From the IMG/VR virus record IMGVR_UViG_3300027793_000063, positions 32,001 to 96,000 of that record: DNA of 64,000 nt. One strand, given 5' to 3'. The DNA comes from a virus. Its lineage: Duplodnaviria > Caudoviricetes. Below the pieces are notes generated by a model. That model saw nothing but the letters and a program-made list of their open reading frames with translations. It made no database searches and was not told the origin of the DNA. Below, one piece after another: positions 46,789 through 55,744 of the stretch (positions are counted from its first letter, which is position 1; each line of letters opens with the position of its first letter). The position numbers and the translations under genes are program-made.

Positions 46789-48224
46789 GGCACCACCTCC
46801 GGCTCGGCGCCGTCATCCTCGTCCTCGTCATCAGCGGCGTCGTTCTCGGCGGGTATGATATGTTTGATCGCCCGCGCGTAACCTTCGATGTCCAGCTGAC
46901 CGCCGATATACTCGATGTGCTCAGGGTGCGTATGCAGCGCGCGCATCAGCTCCTCGGGCTTCACAGCCACGCAGCCCAGCGCATCGCAGGTGTAGAGGTC
47001 CTTCTCGACAGTCGTACCGAGGAACTTGTTGGTCACCATCCAGGTAGCGGTCCGGTCTGCGTAGGTGAACGCGGGTGCCTGATAATCCTCAGTGTCCTCA
47101 TGGCGGTCGAAGAACAGCGTCATGTCGCATGTCCTGCCCCTTGGTCCATAGGAGTTTTTCAGCAGCATCATACGCAGGACTTGCCCGTAAACCTCCTTGT
47201 TGCCGTCCTTCGCGCGAATGTCCGTCGTCGACATCATGGTCATCCGATAGGCGCACAGGCGCTTCATCGCCCGACCGCCGACACGCGTGTCGTTCTTCAG
47301 CGGGCTCGGCGCCATATAGGACGGCAAGGGCTTGGCGGCCATGTCGACCTTGTCGTTCTGCTTGTTGATGAACACCACCGTGGTGTTGTTCTTCTCCATG
47401 AACGCCGGCAACCAGCGCGCCATTCCCTGCGCATGCTTCGAGTGTCCGAAGTTGGATCCGTCCACCGTGTCCTTGGGCGCTTCCTTCTTCGCGTTGGCGG
47501 CCAGACCCCAGTCCGTATTGCCTACGGCCTCGCTCTTCGACATCAACCCGCTCCACGGATCTGCGAAGAAGAAGATCGGATTGCCTTTCGTTTCGGGATC
47601 GCTGTCGCACCTCTTGCGCAGATCTTCGACCGTCTTCCGGAGCGTGTCGTCGAACTGCGGCAGCGACCTGGCTTCAGTGTATTCGATCGAGTTGACCTTG
47701 ATGACCGCCAGCTTCGGGTCGCGGTCCATGATGCGCTTGATGCGCTTGTCGGACATCTGCTTGCCCTCGCACTCGCAGTAGATGGCGTAACAGCCCATAT
47801 CCAGCAACCTGCTGATCCAGTCGAACACGAACGTCGTGCTGCCGACGCCCTCCTGTGCGATGATCTCGATGGCCAACGGGTAGCGGAAACCGATCGAACC
47901 CAGCATGTTCTGGAACTGCAGTTCGCCGTATGGAATCATGTTTCTGCGCAGCATGGCCGGGGTGAACAGGCGGATGGGTCGCTGCTTCGATCGCTCATGC
48001 AAGACGTCGATGCTCTTGCGGATGTTCTCGGTCATCTTACTGAGGACCTTCACCCTATTACCGGCGTCGACACGCGGCTTGAGCAGCAGCGGCTGGAACT
48101 TGTCCGGGTCTTCGATCTGGAGCTCGGCGGGCGTTTTGGTTGGTCTCCGCGCGACTTTCTTGGGGGCGGGTTTTGCAGCCGGCACAACGGGCTGCTTCTT
48201 GGGTGTGCGTTTTTTAGCGGGCAT
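46785..48224 (-). CDS. recA: RecA/UvsX-like protein with degenerate Walker A
   Basis: IEIIAQEGVGSTT, AIYCECE, FFFADPW, VVFINK, GGRAMKRLCAYRM, LKNSYGP. Confidence 0.8.
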   Translation of the reverse strand: MPAKKRTPKKQPVVPAAKPAPKKVARRPTKTPAELQIEDPDKFQPLLLKPRVDAGNRVKVLSKMTENIRKSIDVLHERSKQRPIRLFTPAMLRRNMIPYGELQFQNMLGSIGFRYPLAIEIIAQEGVGSTTFVFDWISRLLDMGCYAIYCECEGKQMSDKRIKRIMDRDPKLAVIKVNSIEYTEARSLPQFDDTLRKTVEDLRKRCDSDPETKGNPIFFFADPWSGLMSKSEAVGNTDWGLAANAKKEAPKDTVDGSNFGHSKHAQGMARWLPAFMEKNNTTVVFINKQNDKVDMAAKPLPSYMAPSPLKNDTRVGGRAMKRLCAYRMTMMSTTDIRAKDGNKEVYGQVLRMMLLKNSYGPRGRTCDMTLFFDRHEDTEDYQAPAFTYADRTATWMVTNKFLGTTVEKDLYTCDALGCVAVKPEELMRALHTHPEHIEYIGGQLDIEGYARAIKHIIPAENDAADDEDEDDGAEPEVVP

Positions 48225-48245
48225 AAATAGGTAAAGGAACAGAGA

Positions 48246-48271
48246 CACCGGGGAGGACGACCTCCCCGGTG
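48246..48271 (-). terminator. hairpin, probable terminator
   Basis: caccggggagg-4nt-cctccccggtg, followed by pyrimidine-rich TCTCTGTTCCTTT on the minus strand. Confidence 0.6.
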
Positions 48272-48299
48272 CTCAAGTTACTGTTGGTGTGGGTGTCGT

Positions 48300-50012
48300 T
48301 TAGTCGAGCAGTTCCATCAAGCCGGAGACCACGTCATCCGGCAGTTCCGTGCCGCGGCCTTTGTCGGTGGCGTGCCACGCGCGTTCGACCAAGACTTTGG
48401 CCTTCTTCTGCTTGTCGGCAGGGAGCCGCTTGAAGCTTTCGGCGTCAGGAAACAGACGCGCATGCATGTCCTCCAGTGTCACCTCGCCCGCTGCTGAACC
48501 AGCGGGCACCGTGGGCGGTTCCTCGTCGGCCGGCACCGTGGGCGGTTCCTCGTCGGCCGGCACCGTGGGCGGTTCCTCGTCGGCCGGCAGAGTGACCAAC
48601 CCGGACTCCGCCAGGCTGACCCACGTGTTCGGCCTGATCATGACTTTGACGCCTTCGATCTGTCCGGCGTCTGTCATCGCCTGGAGTTCCGCCAGCGTTT
48701 TCTTCGCCGGTTTAACGCCTGACGCGCCCGCCCAGAACGGCGAGGCGAGGTCGCCCGCCTTCGCGATCGGTGCGTCAGCAGGCGCGCGCTCCTTCGGAGG
48801 GGCCGTGCGTTCTGGCATCGGCGGCTTCGCGTTGGTCGGAGCGAGACGCGAAGCAGCAGGGCCTCCGCCGGTCACAGCGGCGACTGGATCGCCGTCGTCC
48901 GGCGCGGCTTCGCGCGACGTACGGCTCGCGCGCGGCGCGTGAGTCTCGGCGCGATCCGGCGACTCTCCGTCCGGCGTGCGCGAGGCGGCTCCCGCTGTGA
49001 GGCGGACATACTCAGGACGGTCTGCGGGCAGTTCCCCGCTGTAGCGCTGCGCGCAGGCGCCGCGAATCATTTCCATCGTGACGGCCGCGTCGTAGGTCTT
49101 GATCATGTGATCCACCTGCTCCTCGTAGGTGGGGATGTTCCAGTTCGCCGGGTCCGGCAGCAGGAAGCGGCTGGCCAGCACCTCCGCGCTGATCTTGTGG
49201 ATCTTCGGCTTTTCGTCGAGGATCTCGGCCTGGTCCGTGAAGCAGATCACGTTGGTGTCATACGGGTCCTTCGGGTCCAGATTGACCTTGTCAACGTACC
49301 ATTCCAGCGCACCGGCCGGGTCGGTCGGATCGCCCAGCAGGTAGTGCGGCCAGTTGGGATCGCGCGCCGGCCCTTCATCCGAGCGGTGCGCCCATCGCAT
49401 CTGCTCGATGCAGTAGGAATACGCCGCCTGTGTGATGGCGACGACAGCGTTGTGCCAGCCGTGTTCCTTGTCCGCGCAGCGCGCCAGCGCGAAGAAACGC
49501 AGCGAGCGTCCGGGCACCAGGGCGTCTTCCTTCATGGACGGGGCCTTCAGGTAGAAGTCCTTCTTGGAATCGCTGAACGCCTTGTTCCGGCGAATCCAGC
49601 GATTGAGGTCATCGAACGCGTCCGCGACATCATCGTTGCTGAGGGTCTCGCCTCCGATCATGTTGCGACGATTCGACGGTGAGAGCCAGTGCTCCTTCTT
49701 CTCGCCGAGGAACGGGTAGCACGTCAGCGGCAGCGCAAACGCGTTCGGCGTGAAGTGCCGCGGCAGACGCTTGTCGGGCGTGTCGCTCCAGCATGGTGCG
49801 ACCGAGGCGGCGAACGCCTTGTCGTCGAAGGAGAGCGTCCAGTCGTAGGACGGCAGCAGGAAGCCGCGGAGTTTGGCGTCGATCGACTGCTTGCCGATCA
49901 TGTAGAGCTTGAATGCGTCTCCGCTGCGCGGCGCAGCGCCCAGCAGTGGGCGCCAATCGCCCTCTCCGTAAGCGGCATCGGCATCGACAACAGGTGTGAA
50001 TTTCTTGGGCAT
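48300..50012 (-). CDS. hypothetical protein, possibly ssDNA-binding or recombination accessory, with low-complexity linker
   Basis: 570 aa; aromatic-rich N-terminal domain and Pro/Ala/acidic tail; adjacent to the recA-like gene. Function is inference from context only. Confidence 0.6.
   Translation of the reverse strand: MPKKFTPVVDADAAYGEGDWRPLLGAAPRSGDAFKLYMIGKQSIDAKLRGFLLPSYDWTLSFDDKAFAASVAPCWSDTPDKRLPRHFTPNAFALPLTCYPFLGEKKEHWLSPSNRRNMIGGETLSNDDVADAFDDLNRWIRRNKAFSDSKKDFYLKAPSMKEDALVPGRSLRFFALARCADKEHGWHNAVVAITQAAYSYCIEQMRWAHRSDEGPARDPNWPHYLLGDPTDPAGALEWYVDKVNLDPKDPYDTNVICFTDQAEILDEKPKIHKISAEVLASRFLLPDPANWNIPTYEEQVDHMIKTYDAAVTMEMIRGACAQRYSGELPADRPEYVRLTAGAASRTPDGESPDRAETHAPRASRTSREAAPDDGDPVAAVTGGGPAASRLAPTNAKPPMPERTAPPKERAPADAPIAKAGDLASPFWAGASGVKPAKKTLAELQAMTDAGQIEGVKVMIRPNTWVSLAESGLVTLPADEEPPTVPADEEPPTVPADEEPPTVPAGSAAGEVTLEDMHARLFPDAESFKRLPADKQKKAKVLVERAWHATDKGRGTELPDDVVSGLMELLD
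48505..48589. repeat. 27-bp tandem repeat x3 (PADEEPPTV)
   Basis: ggcaccgtgggcggttcctcgtcggcc in three perfect copies. Confidence 0.95.
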
Positions 50013-50045
50013 AGGTATTTTGGTTTCTGCGTAGTTTCTGAGTGC

Positions 50046-50075
50046 GCAAAGGCGGACCGAATGGTCCGCCTTTGC
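50046..50075. terminator. intergenic 13-bp-stem hairpin
   Basis: gcaaaggcggacc-gaat-ggtccgcctttgc; no U tail, so possibly an mRNA stabiliser or processing site. Confidence 0.45.
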
Positions 50076-50106
50076 AGTGATTGATCCTCGTGTGTGTGTC
50101 GGTGAG

Positions 50107-50754
50107 TTAAGCGCTCTGAACTTCGGTCGCTTCCTCTTCGCCTTCCTCATCAATGGCGTCGGGGTCCATCTTGCTGTCGGACGGCTTCGTCGCTTCGCGG
50201 CGGCTCGCCGCGTTCAGCTTGATCTCGACTGAGTTTTCCGTCGTGTTGACGACCCGCCCGAGATTGCCAAGCCGCGTCGATGTCTCAACCGGCTTGCCAG
50301 ACGCGAACAGCCTGTCCAGCTCGAGGATGATCGCGGCTGACTGCTCGAAGCGCACGTTGAACGGACGCTGGGTCACCCGGGCGACCGCTCCGTCCAGATC
50401 GTATTGCACGATCATGGTGGTGACGCCGTCCTGCGACTTGGGCACGACTCCCGACCGGTAGAGCCGGTTCGGGATGATGTCGAGCCCGACTGCCTTGCCG
50501 GCGTCGTTGGTGTGCACGATGAACTGGTGGTTCTGCAGTCTGTCCAGTCCATCCGGGACCTCGCCAACTTCGTTGGTGCCTGCTGCGTAGAGGAACAGTG
50601 CTTTCGTGGTCGGGCTGTGCTGCTGGTAGCTGCTGCCGTCAATGTAGGAGAGAAGGACGATGTTCTTCCCTGTGTTCGGGTCGAGCCGCGTTTCAGGTGC
50701 GGTGATCCGTTTGGCGATGGTTCTGGTGGCGGTTGCGCGTGATTTGATTTTCAT
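50107..50754 (-). CDS. hypothetical protein
   Basis: 215 aa, acidic tail. Confidence 0.65.
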   Translation of the reverse strand: MKIKSRATATRTIAKRITAPETRLDPNTGKNIVLLSYIDGSSYQQHSPTTKALFLYAAGTNEVGEVPDGLDRLQNHQFIVHTNDAGKAVGLDIIPNRLYRSGVVPKSQDGVTTMIVQYDLDGAVARVTQRPFNVRFEQSAAIILELDRLFASGKPVETSTRLGNLGRVVNTTENSVEIKLNAASRREATKPSDSKMDPDAIDEEGEEEATEVQSA

Positions 50755-51296
50755 GTTTTAGCGGAGCGTTCATACTCCGTGCGCAATTTAGCCGCCTCGT
50801 TCTCCGCCTGCAAGGTTTTTTGTTCAATCTCTTGAAGCAAGTCCGGATTGGTCGTCGTCTGAATCCGGCGCTGCTGACAGAACTGCTCGTGCTCGATCAC
50901 CGGCGTGCTGAAGGATGCCGGCTTGCACTTCGGGCAGGACGCGATGTGGTAGTGCCGCCCGTTCTCAAACACGAAACCCGTTGCCTGCTTGCCAGGCTTG
51001 TAGAACCCCATCAGCGACCGGCACCCCAGACAGACGATGCGCGGCCAGTTCTTGAACTCCTTCCGGCAATCCTCACACAGCAGGTCCGTGTAGTTGATGC
51101 CGGGCGCGATCATCACGCCCTTGCAGAACCGTCCGCTGTGCCACTTCACTTCCCACGCGATCACGTCCAGCAGCTTGCCGCAGAGGCACGGCTCGTAGCG
51201 CGTCAGCTTCAGATCTGATGCCGACTGAGTCGAGACGCCTCGCAGCATCTCCAGCATCGCGGGCGTGAGCTTGAAATCGTCAGGCTGGTCAGTCAT
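50751..51296 (-). CDS. Cys-rich zinc-binding protein
   Basis: CLC, CEDC, CLGC, CPKC. Confidence 0.65.
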   Translation of the reverse strand: MTDQPDDFKLTPAMLEMLRGVSTQSASDLKLTRYEPCLCGKLLDVIAWEVKWHSGRFCKGVMIAPGINYTDLLCEDCRKEFKNWPRIVCLGCRSLMGFYKPGKQATGFVFENGRHYHIASCPKCKPASFSTPVIEHEQFCQQRRIQTTTNPDLLQEIEQKTLQAENEAAKLRTEYERSAKT

Positions 51297-51361
51297 GGCG
51301 GCAGTCGAGCAGCACACGCCGATGCAGTCCATCGGAATTTCGTCAGCCAGGTAAAGAAGAT

Positions 51362-51392
51362 GAAGAGCCGGGGACCATGTCCCCGGCTCTTC
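51362..51392 (-). terminator. intrinsic terminator-like hairpin
   Basis: gaagagccggggac-cat-gtccccggctcttc, followed by ATCTTCTTT on the minus strand. Confidence 0.65.
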
Positions 51393-51434
51393 CCTCTTAA
51401 CGTCGTTCCACGCTTATGCCCCGCGGCTCAGGTG

Positions 51435-51641
51435 TTACCCTTTGCCGTATCCTATGCGGGAGGCGGCATAAGCCGCGCCTCCCAAGCAGGCGAGTGCCGG
51501 TATCGCCAAGACGATACCGTTACCAAGACCTTTCAGCACCGCCACGACGGCGGCAGCTGAGAAGCCTATGCCTGCCAGGATCGCCACCGCGCAAGCGGCA
51601 GCACCCAGAGCACCGATGATCATTTTTAGGAGTTCATTCAT
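51435..51641 (-). CDS. small hydrophobic membrane protein (own promoter and terminator)
   Basis: MNELLKMIIGALGAAACAVAILAGIGF...; about two TM segments. Confidence 0.6.
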   Translation of the reverse strand: MNELLKMIIGALGAAACAVAILAGIGFSAAAVVAVLKGLGNGIVLAIPALACLGGAAYAASRIGYGKG

Positions 51642-51643
51642 GT

Positions 51644-51680
51644 GCAATATATTATGACACGGCAGGCTGCGCTTTTGCAA
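51644..51680 (-). promoter_or_regulatory. conserved promoter motif, copy 2
   Basis: TTGCAA-18nt-(TGn)CATAAT; TGCAAAA-N14-GTCATAATATATTGC. Confidence 0.6.
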
Positions 51681-51828
51681 GGAGCGTGCCGTCGCCGCGG
51701 ATGTCGCCGAACTGGAGGGCATACACGCCCACGAAATATGGGTCCGTGGTGCCGTAGCTGCTCTGGCACGCCTCGGCCCCTGCCTCGCGCAGCATGATGT
51801 TGCCGAGCTCGATCAAGGTCTTGTTCAT
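51652..51828 (-). CDS. hypothetical protein
   Basis: MNKTLIE..., ATGA overlap with the polymerase stop. Confidence 0.45.
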   Translation of the reverse strand: MNKTLIELGNIMLREAGAEACQSSYGTTDPYFVGVYALQFGDIRGDGTLLAKAQPAVS

Positions 51829-54800
51829 GGGTTCTTCGGTTGATGCAGTCCAGCGAGCGTCAGCAACTGCGGATGCGTCTCCAGGAAACTCCACTTGGAT
51901 GTCGCCGGGTGCCACGTGCGATCGTCCAACTGCTTTTGCTCGTCCCTGCTCGGACGCGTGGACCAGCGGTAGTTGAACTCGTTGTCGATGGAGTATTTCA
52001 ACGTCCGCTTGCCCTGCTCGTCATCGTAGTCCCAGGTGTTGATCTCCGACATGCAGAGCGTGTGCAGTCGAGCTGCGAGGAACCGCTCTTCCAGCGGCGC
52101 CAGCGTCACCACCGAGTCGTAGAGACAGATCATCGGTCGGGACCTCATGCCGAGCCGGCGGTAGGCCTTCAGCAGCCAGTTGCACGCTCGCGCCGAGGTG
52201 CTTCCGACGGATTCTTGCATCGGAAAGTTCTTTAATTCACGTCCCAGGGCGCTGTCGATCGAGTTGCGCGTGCGCCAGCCTACGCCGCTGCCGGCCGAGT
52301 GCGTGAGGCAATGACGGATGCGCCCGGACGCCGCCCGATACATCCCGCGCTCCTTCGGCACCCTGGCCATCTCTTCCAGGAACTCCGTCGCCCGCGGTTG
52401 ACGCTCACGGATTGCCTCCAGTCCGCGCTCACCGGTGCCAGGCTCCGGCTTGACGCCGGTGACGGCCTCGATCTGTCGCTCCAGGGAATTTTCAGAGGCG
52501 CCGTATGCGCTGCTGAAATTTATGACTTTTCCAGCATTTCTATGAATTTTAGCTTTCATAGTTTCCCGGTAACGCCCGTAGGTGCTCTCGACCAGCGACC
52601 AGTGGATGTCGTAGCGCGTGTGAACTACGGCGCCGCTCTCGTCCCGCAGCAGATCGCTCTCTTCGACCTTGCCGAGACACACACCATCGGCCCACGCGCG
52701 CATCAGAAAGTCCGGGTTCTGTGCGCTCTCCGGAATGCCGGAGGTCTTTGCGTCAGTGAACGCCACGCGCACCACAGTCGCTCCGTGCATCTTGCTCTTC
52801 AGCTTCGCCCACTCTGGATCCGGATCGAACAGGATGCGCATCAGATCCTTGTCCCCGGAGATCATCGCCAGCGCGACCATCTCGGCCGTGACGTAATCGC
52901 TCTCGACCAGTATGTAGCCTTCCGGAGCCCGCACGCACGACCGTATCGACGGCAAGTCGTCTGCGTCCTTGTCGACCCATCGCAGCAGATTCTCCGGCAG
53001 GTCGCCTTCCTCGTGGGTTTCTTTCACGCATCGCGCCACGGACACCGCGATGCGCTTGTTCACGAAGCTCGGCCAGTTGAGGACGTTTGGGAAAAACGTA
53101 CGCGGCCGGCCTGTCTCCGTCGATGAGGTCTGCGGATGGATGCAGCCGTCGCTCTGCAGCCACAGGTGCAAGCCGTTCTCCTCGATGACTTCCTCCCCGG
53201 TGTCCTCGTCGATCTCGATGGTCGGCTCCTTCAGGAACGCCTTCGACAAGTTGCCGACGGCGTTCAGGTTCAGAAGCTCGTCGATGGCGGGCAGCCGCTC
53301 CGAGAGAATCGCGAGCGTCTGCTTGTCCACCGCGGGCTTGTAAAGCGACTGGCGGTCCTCAGGCAGCTCCAGCACTTTCTCCCACGCCATGGACGGCAGG
53401 CCCTTGGCCTTCTGGTTGGTGGACTTGATCGGGACGAGCTCCTCGAAGTCGAACAACCAGCGCACCATCTGGTCGGGAGACCGGATGTTGAACGCCGGGG
53501 AATCCTCCCAGTGGGCGATCCATTTGTTCCACTTCGGCACCTCTGCGAGCTTGCCGGCGTCGAGCAGCATCTGCTTCACCTGCGTGCGCAGCAGCTCGCC
53601 GTCACGCGCCACGATCGCCGGCAGGCACAGCTTGGTCGCCGCGACACCGAACGCCTTAATGAGCTTCGACTTGAGCTTTGACTCCGCCTCCGCAGCCACC
53701 CGTCGCTTGAACGTCTTGTCCAGACGCAGCTTCGCAAAGGTGAACAGGTGACGCAGGTCGTCCATCATCGAGATGTCCATCGGCAGCCCGGTCATGCAGA
53801 ACTCGACGAACACGTCCGAGGAGAACGGACCGAACATGTCGCGGTAGTAGGCCCACAGCCGCTGCGCCTCCAGCTGCCGCTTGATCAGCGGGTAGGCACG
53901 ATACGGCGTGATGACGTCAGCCGCAGCGTAGGGATGCAGGATGGCGCTCGGGATGAAGCCGTAGCCGCCCTTGCAGAGATCCTTATTCTCGCGCTTCCAC
54001 ATGACGAGCTCTTGGTCGTATCGACCCAGGCTCGTGTATTGCATCGCGATGCGCTCCAACCCGAGGTCCGAGCTTTCGTCGGAAACCTGCTGCGCGAACT
54101 CCGTGTCCATCTCCAGCTTCCCGTAGGTCTCCATCCCGAGCCAGTGCTGCATCCACGGAGCATCCGCCGGGAAGTGGTGGCCGATGTAGCGGACGCCGAT
54201 CTTCGTGAAGGTGCTCTCGATCGGTCTGCCGACGGCAGCGTAGCGGGACCTGTCGAAACAAGCGACGAGGAGATCGTCCTTAATCTTGTGCTGCAGCGCG
54301 GGAGTGCACGCCTGTCCGATATATTTCTTCAGCGTTGCCTTCATCGCGTCGGGATCGAATGAATCACCGTTGCGGTTGGTGCCGAGATGCTCACACCGAT
54401 CTTTTCCGCATATGACGCACGGGTCTGTCCTGAGCCTGAACATTAGCGACACGGCGTCGCGAGCACCTCCCGGCGTGCCTGGGTCGTATCCGATCAGCTC
54501 TGGCGCACCAGTCTCGAAGCTCCACTCACCCTTCTCGTCCCGGAACTCGATCACCACGGCTTCGGTTTCCGACCAGGCGAACTGGATGGTGCGCAGCTTG
54601 CCGTCGATGTGCGTCTTGCCGTGCCACTCCGCGTCCACCGACACGAGCGGGTTGCCGTGCTCGTCCTTGAGTCCCGGCCAGCGGTCCTCCTCGACAAGCG
54701 TCTCCAGGTGGCTGAGCCAGTCCTCCAGTTCGTCCATGTTGCGAATCACCTGATGCGTGAAGGTCTGGCCGACGATGTTACCGCCGTTGTCCAGGATCTC

Positions 54801-55442
54801 CTTGCGCCGGGCCACCTCCTTGAAGTCGATGCGGAACATCTCGTAATACTCCGGCTTGCCGACCAGAAGCGACGGCGCATACATCACGTAGAGGTGCGCC
54901 TGGTGATCCTCTGACCAGAACCAGCAGCCGTGGGCGTCATCGAAGCTGATCTTCTGCGGGCTGAGCATGTCGAACACGTGCTTGCCCAGGCAGACGATGA
55001 TCTTCGGTTTCACGCGGGCGATCTCGTCCTCGAGGATCGGCATCCCCCACTTCATGATCTTCTTCGCCGGCTTCGACCGCTGCGCGCGCGGCAGCAGCCA
55101 CTTGCAGCACGCGGTGTAGTAGCACCGCTCCATGTCGATTCCGGCCCGCAGCGCCACGTCCTTGATGATGCCCGTGGACCCTTTCAGATACTCGGCCGGC
55201 TGCGGGATTCGCATGCCGAACACCGAGGTGGCCGCGGTCGCCGCCTCGTCCTCCTCAAGGGAGGACGTGACGAACATGATGTCGTATTCCTCCTGCTTGT
55301 CCACCAGTGCCCGGCCTGCGACGTAGAGCACGCCGTCGATGTGCCGAGTCTTGGTCAGTGTCCGTGGGCACTTCGCAGCTTCGTCGTAGGGAGGCTGCAG
55401 CTCCTCCAGTGTCCGCCCGCGGCGGGATGGTGTGTCGCTCAT
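51825..55442 (-). CDS. polA: family A DNA polymerase with N-terminal uracil-DNA-glycosylase-like domain and 3'-5' exonuclease
   Basis: UDG-like YYTACCK...EDEIARVKPKIIVCLG; Exo SVDAE, GHHFPAD, YAAADV; TETGR; motif A ESDYVTAEM; motif B RNAGKVINFSSAYG; NFPMQ; motif C CLYDS. Confidence 0.92.
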   Translation of the reverse strand: MSDTPSRRGRTLEELQPPYDEAAKCPRTLTKTRHIDGVLYVAGRALVDKQEEYDIMFVTSSLEEDEAATAATSVFGMRIPQPAEYLKGSTGIIKDVALRAGIDMERCYYTACCKWLLPRAQRSKPAKKIMKWGMPILEDEIARVKPKIIVCLGKHVFDMLSPQKISFDDAHGCWFWSEDHQAHLYVMYAPSLLVGKPEYYEMFRIDFKEVARRKEILDNGGNIVGQTFTHQVIRNMDELEDWLSHLETLVEEDRWPGLKDEHGNPLVSVDAEWHGKTHIDGKLRTIQFAWSETEAVVIEFRDEKGEWSFETGAPELIGYDPGTPGGARDAVSLMFRLRTDPCVICGKDRCEHLGTNRNGDSFDPDAMKATLKKYIGQACTPALQHKIKDDLLVACFDRSRYAAVGRPIESTFTKIGVRYIGHHFPADAPWMQHWLGMETYGKLEMDTEFAQQVSDESSDLGLERIAMQYTSLGRYDQELVMWKRENKDLCKGGYGFIPSAILHPYAAADVITPYRAYPLIKRQLEAQRLWAYYRDMFGPFSSDVFVEFCMTGLPMDISMMDDLRHLFTFAKLRLDKTFKRRVAAEAESKLKSKLIKAFGVAATKLCLPAIVARDGELLRTQVKQMLLDAGKLAEVPKWNKWIAHWEDSPAFNIRSPDQMVRWLFDFEELVPIKSTNQKAKGLPSMAWEKVLELPEDRQSLYKPAVDKQTLAILSERLPAIDELLNLNAVGNLSKAFLKEPTIEIDEDTGEEVIEENGLHLWLQSDGCIHPQTSSTETGRPRTFFPNVLNWPSFVNKRIAVSVARCVKETHEEGDLPENLLRWVDKDADDLPSIRSCVRAPEGYILVESDYVTAEMVALAMISGDKDLMRILFDPDPEWAKLKSKMHGATVVRVAFTDAKTSGIPESAQNPDFLMRAWADGVCLGKVEESDLLRDESGAVVHTRYDIHWSLVESTYGRYRETMKAKIHRNAGKVINFSSAYGASENSLERQIEAVTGVKPEPGTGERGLEAIRERQPRATEFLEEMARVPKERGMYRAASGRIRHCLTHSAGSGVGWRTRNSIDSALGRELKNFPMQESVGSTSARACNWLLKAYRRLGMRSRPMICLYDSVVTLAPLEERFLAARLHTLCMSEINTWDYDDEQGKRTLKYSIDNEFNYRWSTRPSRDEQKQLDDRTWHPATSKWSFLETHPQLLTLAGLHQPKNP

Positions 55443-55744
55443 ACTGGTTTGATCTCCGGCTGGCTCGCCTGGAACTGGCGCCTGGCTTCGAGCAGCGTGT
55501 CCAAGGATTTCCGATCCCATGCGCCGTGCGTGGCCTCGATCTCGTTTTCGTGCCACTGAATAGCATCGTCGATATGCAGATACATCGTCTCGGATTTCCC
55601 GAACAACGCGATCGGGATGCCGTCAACCAGGAGACTGAGAATGTGCATCCCCGCATACTTAGCCTTCACGTAGAGTTTTCCCTCGCATTGCGTGTATGGT
55701 GTTCTTCTTGATCTGGATTTTGTATTCGTAGGTCGGTTACTCAT
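55439..55744 (-). CDS. hypothetical protein
   Basis: 101 aa. Confidence 0.55.
   Translation of the reverse strand: MSNRPTNTKSRSRRTPYTQCEGKLYVKAKYAGMHILSLLVDGIPIALFGKSETMYLHIDDAIQWHENEIEATHGAWDRKSLDTLLEARRQFQASQPEIKPV

Noticed and set aside
54240-54510. Mini-intein in the DNA polymerase
   Set aside because: No N-terminal C/S block A and no terminal (H)N followed by C/S/T.
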